A stretch of 64,000 nucleotides of DNA from Phoronis australis (taxonomy: Eukaryota; Animalia; Phoronida): positions 534,576-598,575 of the forward strand of contig NMRA01000082.1 of the NCBI GenBank assembly GCA_002633005.1, written 5' to 3'. The notes below the pieces were generated by a model. The model saw nothing but the letters and a program-made list of their open reading frames with translations, had not been told where the DNA came from and did not search any database. Positions 54,005-64,000 of this stretch are shown in pieces. Position 1 is the stretch's first letter. Each line of letters starts with the position of its first letter. The translations under genes and the position numbers were made by a program.

Positions 54005-55053
54005 GTAAGTCACACTAACAACACACGCGTAGTTTGTGTCAAGCCCTAGTCTTATTCAGTCTTAATTTTCAGTAACGCTAAGTGCAGTATGGTAACAGTA
54101 TTGATGTTGTACAGTTACTGTGTATCGGTCTTCAAATGCCGGTGCTGTTCAGCCTCTTGAAAGACTCCAGAATCAAAATGTGTCACTCGTAAGTCAAGCT
54201 TACGGTAGATATAACTATGATGCTTTTAACGTTTTTAAAGAATACCAAACTCTATTTTGGCCTATTGTCAAATACTAGAACGACTTTACAATCCATTTCC
54301 CTGAAATAAGATAATGTTCTGTAACCCTAGACAGCGGTCAAAAGTTTTGAACAAATTTTGCATGCTCCTTTCGAAGTCTACCAAACGGGGTGAACCTCTT
54401 ACACAGACCAGCCACCAAGGATCATGATATCCAATGTGGGAGATATGAAGTATGAGTTTTTATTTGATTTCTGCCTCTTGCCTGAAAAATTGACGCCAGT
54501 GATGCATTAGCTGGTGATAGTACGAGGACTGGTTGAAATCATCTTAGCAGGGTTTACTGTCCATTTAACTATCCCGATGTTCACGGATCTAATATTGTTT
54601 TCCATGTACAATTCATCTTGAGCGCCATCTTGTTTCTGTTTACTTATTTGTAGCAATGAAGTGTCTAGTTGTTATACTAATGAAATGTTAACTTGGAGAC
54701 CTTTGGTAAACATTTCTTTTTATTACATCTTCTATTACAAAAGTACAAGGTTTGGGTTAGTTACAAGCTTCACCACCAGTTTGCCTGAAATTTACTCCTT
54801 AATATCACACTGTCTGGAATCTAATTTTATTGTTTTTAAATATGTTCTGTTCCATGTCCAAATTTGCAGAACTAGACAAATTTGAAAGTCCAATTTCATG
54901 AAAATGTGCAAGTTTAAACGAGGAGTGATAGAAACCAAAAACGTACATGTTTCTTGGAACGATCAGTCGTCTTTACCTGGTGATGAGATCACGCTCTTTC
55001 GAGCACGTTTGAGGGAATGGCTTTGCTGTACAGTAATGTTTCTATCTTGACAG

Positions 55054-55257
55054 CTCACATGGCTATAGAAGTTGCCAGACAAGGGTTACGTGAACGTTCA
55101 CCGCGTTTTGAGGCCTGCATGGACGTGGGAGATTTAGTCACTGATGTCCGCTGCAAAACACCAATGCGAGGAAGAAGTGTGAAAACAATTTTTCATATGA
55201 TGGGTTGGAAGAAATTCGACATCCGTCAGATATATGTGTATGGCCACAAACCAAGCA
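55054..55257 (+). CDS. Exon 5: C-terminal half of the galactose-binding/F-lectin-like domain
   Basis: cttgacag|...|gtgagt, 204 nt, phase 1-1. Encodes ...ACMDVGDLVTDVRCKTPMRGRSVKTIF...FDIRQIYVYG, matching the CxxPMxGRxV...ExxVYG pattern. Confidence 0.75.
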
Positions 55258-55739
55258 GTGAGTTTTGACGGAATTCGTTCTAAGATGGTTGTACGATCCG
55301 GCTTAAATTAATAGGATGACATGTCTGTGAGGCAATTCTACGAATACTCCCATACGTCGTCATCTTGTGAATTCCATTTTTCAATCCATTACGGAACCCA
55401 GTCTTGCTTTGCTACTAACCTTCACAACCCATGCAGTTTGTAGTTTAGAAACGTGTGATCTGCGTGGCCGCCTCATACATGTATAGAGTTCAAATAGACA
55501 GTGAGACTACACAGTTCTTCGAGGTTTGGTTTACCGACAAGCCTTCAAATTACAACAGTATGCTTAGATATTAAAATATTTCTCGATTCATGCACAGCAT
55601 GGTATCTCGTGCTTGAGCTTGTGCAAGTACTTTATGTGAATTTCGATACAGTTACATGTACCACTGATTATGTTATGACTACGTCTCTAGTTGGCACGGT
55701 AGAACCGTCCATTCCATCCCTTGCATGGGTTTCTTTCAG

Positions 55740-55883
55740 CTCGTGTCGCAGGAGCTGGTGGTTTACTCATGGTCACATACTGCTACTGCAAAGACAAGTC
55801 CGACTGCGACGCAAAAAGACCGCTAGTGTTTTGCAAGTCAGGCTGCAAAAACGACAATCTGAGACCACCGGAATGCCAAGAAA
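55740..55883 (+). CDS. Exon 6: EGF-like domain
   Basis: tctttcag|...|gtgagt, 144 nt, phase 1-1. Encodes YCYCKDKSDCDAKRPLVFCKSGCKNDNLRPPECQ. Confidence 0.75.
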
Positions 55884-55997
55884 GTGAGTATTTAATGTGT
55901 CATCTTACTCGGACAAATTGCTCCGCGATTTCTTGTTTTAACATCACATACAATTTCCCATTTCGAGCTTCCTATTTGCTTAACTTTACCCGTCTAG

Positions 55998-56155
55998 ACT
56001 TCCCAAGCCTCGATGTTGCGCCGCGTCTGATCAAGAGGACCGATAACGACGTCAAGTTTGAGTTCAAGCAGTGGAACTGGAATACGGATAGTGGAGACGG
56101 TCCCCCGACGTTCTACAGTGTGGAGTTATTTGACCGCGGTCAGTGGAATAAGAAG
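55998..56155 (+). CDS. Exon 7: fibronectin type III, first half
   Basis: cgtctag|...AAG|gtacaa, phase 1-0. Encodes FPSLDVAPRL...FKQWNWNTDSGDGPPTFYSVE, with a Tie-like W...GDGP...Y motif. Confidence 0.8.
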
Positions 56156-57282
56156 GTACAATATTATCTCAATGAAAGATTCCAAACTGTATGTTCTTGG
56201 TGAGCCAAAAATGGTATTCTCGGTTTTGATTATGAAAGGACTATTCACCTGCTTTTTATTGCAAAAAACTAAATGTTGATGTAGACTACTTACGGTTATG
56301 TATTTGGTACCAAATTTTGTCTGCTGTAAAATTGGTAAGGATTTCAGGTTTTCGAAAAAACTGATAGTAAAGGCCATCTTAACCACAAGACCCACTGGGC
56401 AGTTGTCCACGCTCCAGGGCAACATGGGCTCCACGCAGATCCAAGTAAAATTCCAAAGAAAAAAACTTATTTAATGCCAGTTTACCATTGAGCAGCCGTA
56501 AGGTACAGTTGGGGGTGCCCATGTACAAAACAAGGTCAACAAGGTCATGGCCAGCCTTGCATTCTCAAGATCCCACAATATTTTCACGCTTCCATACCAT
56601 AACATGCCATTTTCCAAGGGCCTGTAAGAGCTATAAACTTCTGCACGGTTGTTCGTGCCATAATTTCTTCTTATTCACCCAAACTTTTATTGCGACTATA
56701 CCCCTTTTCATATAATGCACCAATGGTCACGACTTTGCTTGGGGACCCATAGTATTGCTAAGAAATTCCGGTTTCTAGCACAAACAATCTGTCCTTTCCA
56801 CGTCCAGACTTCACTACTTGTTTTAGTAATGTGCCAGCTTTCTATACGTATGTTCATTCAGGTGACTTTAGTCGATAGTTATTTTATTTGGGGAAGGTTG
56901 GAAAACATTTTTTTTTCTGCCAACCTAGGTGCATGCGGTGTAGCGCTAGCAGACAATAAAATGTCGGCTTAGCGTCAGCACAGCACAGCCTAAACCTTGG
57001 CGCATTTACCTTGTCACTCTACTGGGCACTCACGCTAAAGTTTCAGTACATAAAATGCACGACGGTCTGGCTCCCTATGCGTGAAATGTCGACAATTTTG
57101 AATGGTTCAGGTAGTTCACTAATCTGCAAGAATTTTAAAGTAATCTAGGTGGCTTGTCATTTTGAGCCTGTCAGCCCTTAGTAGTGCTGTTCTCTTTTAG
57201 CAGCTGAAGGAGGGCTGTACCGAAGTATGCATTTTATGATACACCTTGTATCACGAGACTAGTTTCACGTTACTTTTTTCAG

Positions 57283-57460
57283 AAACGAATAGACCACCAA
57301 GACCTGACTGAAATAGAGGTATCTGGGACATCGGAGACGGTTACCTTAACCGGCATTAACAAAAACAAACAGTACGAAGTGCGTGTTATGTCAGTGACAG
57401 AATACGATGGCGGCAAAACAAAAGCGATGTTACCGCGCTATACCCTGAAATTGTCAGTTA
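57283..57460 (+). CDS. Exon 8: fibronectin type III, second half
   Basis: ttttttcag|...|gtgagt, phase 0-1. Encodes ...TVTLTGINKNKQYEVRVMSV. Confidence 0.8.
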
Positions 57461-57922
57461 GTGAGTGCGGTTATCTTAGTTCACGGATTACTAATTTCCA
57501 GTCTCCCCATGTATGTATATATGTGTATATGTGTATATGTGTATATACATATATACATATATACACGCACACACAATCTCGGGGATATAGTAAATTATAT
57601 GTTAAAGATGTGTCTTTCTAGCCAAATACTGACGACTTGCTGCATTCGTCCCATATCACTATCCTGCTCTTAATATGTCACGCTCCCCTTCATGAGCCAA
57701 TAATTGACTGGACCGACATGATGTTCAAATCACTTTAAATAGGACCTGCCTACAGGTGCCGTATATCAATATCGTCGTCTGCTTTTTAATAAAATATAAT
57801 AGGTACGGAATATGTGCGTACAAATATTCAGAAAAAATATGTTTCCGTATCCAAAACTGAATATCTAATAGAAACATTCACCAGTGTTGCCCAGGTATTT
57901 ACATCCACCTCAAGTGCACATC

Positions 57923-59719
57923 AGGAGAATGCCACCCAAAAAACAACCCAGTTTGTATCAATGTAGATCAAGTAATTCCACTCAATAACAGCAATTGCAG
58001 CTGCTTTACCTGACACTTGACGGCAGACGGAGGTGTTGAAATTAACCAATGACGTCAGAGGTTCAAATATTGACTGTTCAGCAGTTCACAACAGGCTTAC
58101 TGAGGTCAGCTTTAATTCATCGTTTTACGCCAATAAATCATCAAAATTCGATGTAAAACCCTTACAAATACATCAAGTTTTTGAACAAACGTGTGATGTT
58201 ATTTCGCTGTTTCAGATCTTTAGGTATTTGATCGTACCGTAGCCTACAAAGTTCCGCAAGTCAATTTACCAAGGTCGACCGCGGGAGTTTTTAGTCAGTT
58301 TGGTGATACATTCAGATTATCATCCGTGAAATACAGACAAGAGAAAAAAACGCACATCGCGGCCGGACTGAAGACATCACGAACATAAACCAGCCAAAGC
58401 TGGAAGCCAAACTTCCAGTCACGAAAAGCCTATACTAGTGAGCTAAAGAAAAAAAATGTGCACGTGGTTATTTTGGTGAATTAGCTGCAAATCTGCAAAT
58501 CTACTTTACTAGCTCGTTGGGAGCCGCGAAGTCAGGTTACCCTTCCACTGACAGAACCGTCAGGGCAAAAGTTGTACAGTAACAATAATTTGAATAATGT
58601 ATATGAATATCTAAATAAAGATTCCTCTAACATCTGACCATAAGATATAAAATCGACTTATTGTTTCACACGGCATCGGTACCGTGTGAATTAGCCCATT
58701 AATTCTAAAGCCGGCAACGCAGTGGTTTATTCATTGCTGATTTCTCAAAACATTTGCACTCACGAACATTCCAATGCATTACAAATTGTACATGTATAGA
58801 ATGAGAAAGACTTTGTTTTAGTTTCATACAAGCACTGGTAAGGGTGAGAATAATTCATTTTGAAACAGAACGCACAACGTCAACGTGGCAACTGGCAATC
58901 CCAACTTAGACGAGTGCTCATCCGACGAAGACTTCACAGGTCGATCGTAAGTTTTCACAGGCTATCAGATCGAACCGGATACACTGATCAAGGAAACAGA
59001 GAGGTGCCGTGAACGTGCACAGACAAGGGAACATATGGATAGTTCCGAAAACCGTTTGAATGACGTTTCATGATGTCAGTGAGCTAACTGCACGATAATG
59101 GAAACGACTGGAGTTTGCATTTGCTGCCACGAAATTCCGGAAATGAAACGCCTTCTAGGAGAAGCGCAGAAGTGTCTGACAGACCATCCTGATTTGACAC
59201 CGCATCTAAACAGAGGTGTGCTTACGACGTTTTTGGGACTGAGAAAAAGAACTGGCAAAAACATCCTACACCCAGAGGACCAAACAGAAGCATCACGAAC
59301 GAGTCAAGCATCAGGTTATATAAGCCTCATTTTCTCACGCCTTAGATAAAGTATAATTGTTTATGATTTCGTGGCCAACTACAGTTCTCCTTAGTCAAAA
59401 ACTGATCAACAACCGATCCGACGAAATGCAGGCGACTGGCAGATACGGAGAAGTTTCACGGCCTCATACTTGGTATTAACGGCCTACTTTTCATTCTTCA
59501 CTACCGCGAGCCACTTTCAAAGCATTATGGGCTCTCGAAGAAATCGAAAAGAACGATGTACCCGCTTTCTGCACAGCTTCATAGTTCGCACACGCGGGAA
59601 CGATACACCACACCATAGCGACACCTCTCGGTGAGGTAAGATGTGCGGTATACGAGGTGATGTCGATATAGACCGATTAAGACGGTAAAAATACTAATTA
59701 AATTGGGTGGCATTCTCTT
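57923..59719 (+). mobile_element. Kolobok-like non-autonomous element carrying a decayed P2X7-C-terminal-like Cys-rich ORF
   Basis: AGGAGAATGCCACCCAA is inverted against TTGGGTGGCATTCTCTT, and TTAA follows the right end. ~59071-59240 reads *CQ*ANCTIMETTGVCICCHEIPEM...KCLTDHPD...LNRGVL. Confidence 0.65.
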
Positions 59720-60527
59720 TTAAACGTTAAAAGGGTCTCATTTTTACAATATTAAAAAATGCTTACGTCACACAATTTGTTCACAGAAATCCACAGGGAG
59801 TCCCAAAAAGAGTCCTAAACAATAATCTGCAAATCTATTACAAAATAGCCCATCAACAGCTAGAACAATTTCACTTTTCTTTTTATGTTTGCGCTAGCAA
59901 ACGCAACGTGCCCGTTGATTCTGAACCGGATGTGACGTTAGATCAGCTGATGTGCAGTCTTGTTTACCTCACCGTAATATTTAGACAACGGCCACCGTCT
60001 CTATTTCATTAAGACGGTGTAGCTCCTATATGAGCGTCATATGCCGGAAGCTTTTCGGCGAGTTGGGCTTCACACTGACAACATCAAAGACATGCTGTTA
60101 TAAATGCTGAATAGAGAACGCGTGCGCGAGGCCTAAAAATGTGAGGATTCGAATTTTTTAGAATGATATTTACCTGGTCATCTTAAACGCCCCGTCAACA
60201 TACTGATTCTTTACGTGTCATTTATGTAAGTTCAACAATCAGCCGAATGCTTAAATATTTGGGCGTAGAATTGATAGCAAATATGTAAATAGAAATAATT
60301 GATACTCTTTAAGGTGGTGTTATTCGTGCGGTTATTAAGCTTTAATGTTACTTTTCATGTAGTTAATATCTGGGCCTAGTTTCACTCACACATTTCCTCA
60401 GTACTCAAGTGTTTCACATATAAGTATTTGTCAGAATACAGCCGGAGCTTCCAACATACGTGCATTAGCCTATATACCATCATTATGCGGCGTAACAATA
60501 AAATTGAAAATCCACCCCTTCTAACAG

Positions 60528-60695
60528 TTCATGGCAACTGGGGTACCTGGCTACCATGGAACTCCTGCAGACGAGATTCGACAACGTACGGGCTCCAAAG
60601 ACGCACACGGGAATGCAACAATCCGAGGCCGTCAAGCGCCGGCGAGCTATGTGAAGGCAATATGGACGAATATAAGATATGTCCACCAGCTAAAG
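60528..60695 (+). CDS. Exon 9: thrombospondin type-1 repeat
   Basis: ctaacag|...AAAG|gtaccg, 168 nt, phase 1-1. Encodes HGNWGTWLPWNSC...QRRTRECNNPRP...GELCEG...C. Confidence 0.9.
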
Positions 60696-60953
60696 GTACC
60701 GTGTTTTTTCAAGCCTCTTGTAAAATATCCAAAACAGTCCCCTGGATTAAATGTTTAGTACATGTATTTGTAAGTGATGTATTTGCTGCACGCTTAAGCA
60801 ATCGTCAAATATGTGAATGGTCGAAAGATGATAAGTAGCTAGTCAACGTACTGGACATTGATTTGTACGTTTATTTTGATTCACCTATTTTGCACATTTA
60901 CACTTTTGATCTGAAGTAATAATCGATGTAAAATGTCTCCTGAATCTCAACAG

Positions 60954-61099
60954 GCAAGAGCACTGTTAAAAAGAAAATCCGAGGACCAAAGCCGACAGTA
61001 CACATGGCTTACAAGCGCAAAGTGGCAATGACGTTCGTCTACCCTACGATACGTTCCGACGAGCTTGCTCCAGATGGCTACGAAATAGAATATCAGGAG
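60954..61099 (+). CDS. Exon 10: fibronectin type III, first half (gene continues beyond this exon)
   Basis: ctcaacag|...GAG|gtatat, phase 1-0. Ends PDGYEIEYQE. Confidence 0.7.
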
Positions 61100-63736
61100 G
61101 TATATTTCATCTATGCATGCAAAAGACGTTGCAATTAATTTACTTGTCTAGCTTTGATGGAAACAACCTATCGTTGACTTCTTTCAATAAGAGTTTGAGA
61201 CGTAATGGTATTTAAACATTATGGATTAAAATGCTGAATTGCAAAGTTCGTGTGTATGTTCATTTTATACTTATGAATTAAAATATTGCACGCGACATTC
61301 AAAAGAGCACTTGACTGTAATCAGCATGTGACTTGGGGGAGAGGTGCGTAGTTCAAGAAAGCTGACCAAACCCGAGCAGTAGAAGTAGGTGTAATCGTGG
61401 ATGCAAACAAAATCCCTCATCTCATGATAACCCCATACGATTCCGCAGTGGCAACGAACAAAAAAGAGAAACATGGATGGGATGAATGAATCAGCAGCTA
61501 CGTCAGCTATCGACTATTCAACTGATTTACATTGGGCAAGAATATCATATATTTTATAAAGTTTCATTGCACACGCGTAACTTGGTTAATCCGGTCTACA
61601 GGTTGAAATGTTTTTTTCGTTTTGTGTAGTCGCCCTTTCTTAGTTTCAGTGCAGCTAGATACCAAGGCAATACTCAGCTTTTAAGGGTTGAGTTATCGAC
61701 TTTTAGAAACCGTGCAAAATGCTACGAAACTGAAATAAAATGCGGACCCCGGGTTCGGGCATGTTACACAAGGTTTGTCACGTTAGTTCATACGACATCG
61801 AAAATATAAGCAAGAACCAACCCTTCGTGTTAGAGTTGTCTTGAAGCCACTGGCTGCCTCACCCTAAGATTGACTGACACTATTATTCACAGCGCCCTCT
61901 ACTAATCTCCGTATGAGACGATTCAATACAAACAAATCTTTTTTTTCCAAAAATGTACAATTGAAAACGAGGACGTGTTTTACTTTGTGAACTATGAATG
62001 CTTGATGGAGACTTTCAAGAAAAACTTGACTTCTACTAGGAAATTTCCCGCAATAACAGGAAGGTTGACAGCGATGCGAGTGTGTTAATTTTTCATTAAA
62101 GCAATTACAATGCAGTTCCGCTTATATACTGTGTCTTTTACTAGTATCTACTACCAAGCCATGCATTTGAATATCTTAGATGTAATATTGTTTCTGCCTT
62201 ATCGAGGTCGGACAAGTACCAGTTCACATTTATGACAAGAAACGAATCGTTACCACAAAGAAAGGACAGACAGAAATTATGTTTTTCATTCCTGTTGAAC
62301 CCAAGGCTGAATACGATGTCAATGTCTTCGCTGCTTACAATTTCGGCGGGGACGATTGGCAGCGCATTGCTGGTCAAGCATCGGAAACTGTGAGGATAAA
62401 AGGTACTGAATGTTAAACGTTTACGAAAAACCTTCATCCATTTGCTAACGGAGTGTGCCTCAGAATAAGTATGGCTATATCCCCTTTCAGACAATAAGTC
62501 AACCCCATAAGAAGTTAATGAATTGTTTTGGGCCGCTACCAGTTTCGGTGATTTCGTCAAAATCTGTTGCATCCCTTGTTGCATTGCCAATTCGTATTGC
62601 ACTTATAGCCACCAACTTCGCCTCCGTTTGTGTCGTCGCTAATTGGAATAGGCGTGGCTACATTTTATTGTTTGGAGGCAAATGATGGCAACTTATTATT
62701 ATTTAAAGCTTCAAAAGTGATTGTAGTATTGCTACTTTTTGGATTATTATTTGTTGCACGCGTTATTACCACGTGCCCTTTCGACGGGTAAGAGTTGCTT
62801 AAGAGCCTTACTCTCATCCCATGTTGTCGCAAGTAAAATATACTTTGCGAGATCATTTGCCAAGGAGAATCACCAAACGCTTAGATTGAAGGAAGGAGGA
62901 AGTTGAAAGCGAATGAATTACGCCAGAAAACACACAGGCCGAATAATTGCATCTTGGGCGATCTTACAGAAGCCTTCGAAAACCTGAACTACAGGGGCCA
63001 GCCGGGGATTACACGCAGACAAAACAGGTTTATGCAATCATCTCTAAAACACACTTTTTGGGAAACATTAAGCTATATTTTTTATGGTGGGCCCATTTTG
63101 GCATCAACTGTTTGTGTCTCAGTTTCCAACAGCACCAAACATTATCTAAGACAACTTTTCATTCTTAGCTTTAATTTTAAAGCAACACTCGGCAACTGGA
63201 ACTTTTAATAAAACATCATCAATCAAACGGAGGGTCATTATTATTTAGATGGTGCTCGCCTACTTCCCATCTCCTGCGCCTATGATTTATAAAGGCAGTT
63301 AGTATTTCTCAAACCATCAATTGTTTGTACACTGACAATCGTCATTGTTTCTCCAGTGACTTAGGAGCAAATTTTTGCAATCGAATCGTCCGCTTCATGT
63401 AAGATTTGAACTAAAGTATCGTTGTTAGTAAATGTGGAATTATGATGCGATTTGCATGAAGACTCGTGACGACAGGAGGTAAAGTTTGTTGGTGAGAGGA
63501 TGGGAACCTCTTAAATAGAACGTTGAAAACCATAACTCGTTTAGACAGGATAATAAGAATAGTTTCCACGGCTGAGGAAGTCGCATGCGTTTACAATTTG
63601 ATAGTTTCTTTGTGGAGTAGATTAAATTGAACTGTGGTACAGAATACTAATTTTAATGACAGCATTAAACCCGCCAATCAGAAGGCAGCATTAGTGACAG
63701 AACTAACTACTTATGACGGTCATAACTGAAACTTAT

Positions 63737-63864
63737 CAGGGCCCGATCCAGGATTTTGAATTGGAGGGTGGGGTGCAGGGCAAAGTGTCAGCCAAGTTTT
63801 TGCCCGTCAGACATCCGCACCCCGAACTGCAAAATGGAACCTGGGAAAACTTAATCCGCCACTG
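63737..63864. mobile_element. Short MITE with near-perfect 5-bp TSD
   Basis: CAGGGCCCGATCC...AATCCGCCACTG, flanked by CTTAT and CTAAT. Related to 50578-50732. Confidence 0.65.
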
Positions 63865-64000
63865 CTAATTACTATGCAATAAATATTGCATAACTATTAC
63901 TATTACTATTACTATTGCATAACTATTACTGTCATCAGTCCTAACTAGTGATTTACTAAGGTATCGTTATTACTGTCTTAATTTAGGAATCAATGATAAA

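Noticed and set aside
54330-54450. Possible extra exon of the receptor gene
   Set aside because: All three frames contain stops between the candidate splice sites.
62141-62856. 153-aa minus-strand ORF and a nearby HLPPN motif (possible pogo-like fossil)
   Set aside because: No recognisable domain or TIRs. The similarity is too weak to call.

Overview
This is eukaryotic animal DNA: AT-rich, with spliceosomal introns, dense repeats and one assembly gap (49731-50513). The repeat and protein families suggest a marine invertebrate, but the taxon cannot be fixed from sequence alone. Main contents: (1) A complete but decayed 6.9-kb Academ (AcademX-type) DNA transposon at 7162-14082. It has TAG...CTA inverted termini, a 3-bp ATT target duplication and an intron-containing transposase + XPG/FEN1-like nuclease + Cys-cluster gene on the minus strand. 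A second Academ remnant lies at ~3057-4230. (2) A ~3.9-kb uninterrupted coding block at 28272-32212. It encodes a Pol-beta-superfamily (DUF294/GlnD-like) nucleotidyltransferase fused to an array of 43-aa TPR repeats with variable positions, and carries one frameshift and one nonsense codon. This is the most unusual system in the window. (3) The 5' part of a multi-exon plus-strand receptor-like gene from 44111 to beyond the window. Ten phase-consistent exons were reconstructed by eye: signal peptide, EGF-like, a galactose-binding/F-lectin-like domain split by a SUEL-lectin-like exon, EGF-like, FN3, TSP1, FN3. (4) Many smaller elements: Tc1/mariner and Kolobok-like deletion derivatives, MITEs with 5-bp TSDs, Harbinger-like MITEs, LINE/LTR fossils, tRNA-derived SINE-like sequence, satellites and perfect hairpins. 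All family assignments rest on motif recognition; no database search was run.
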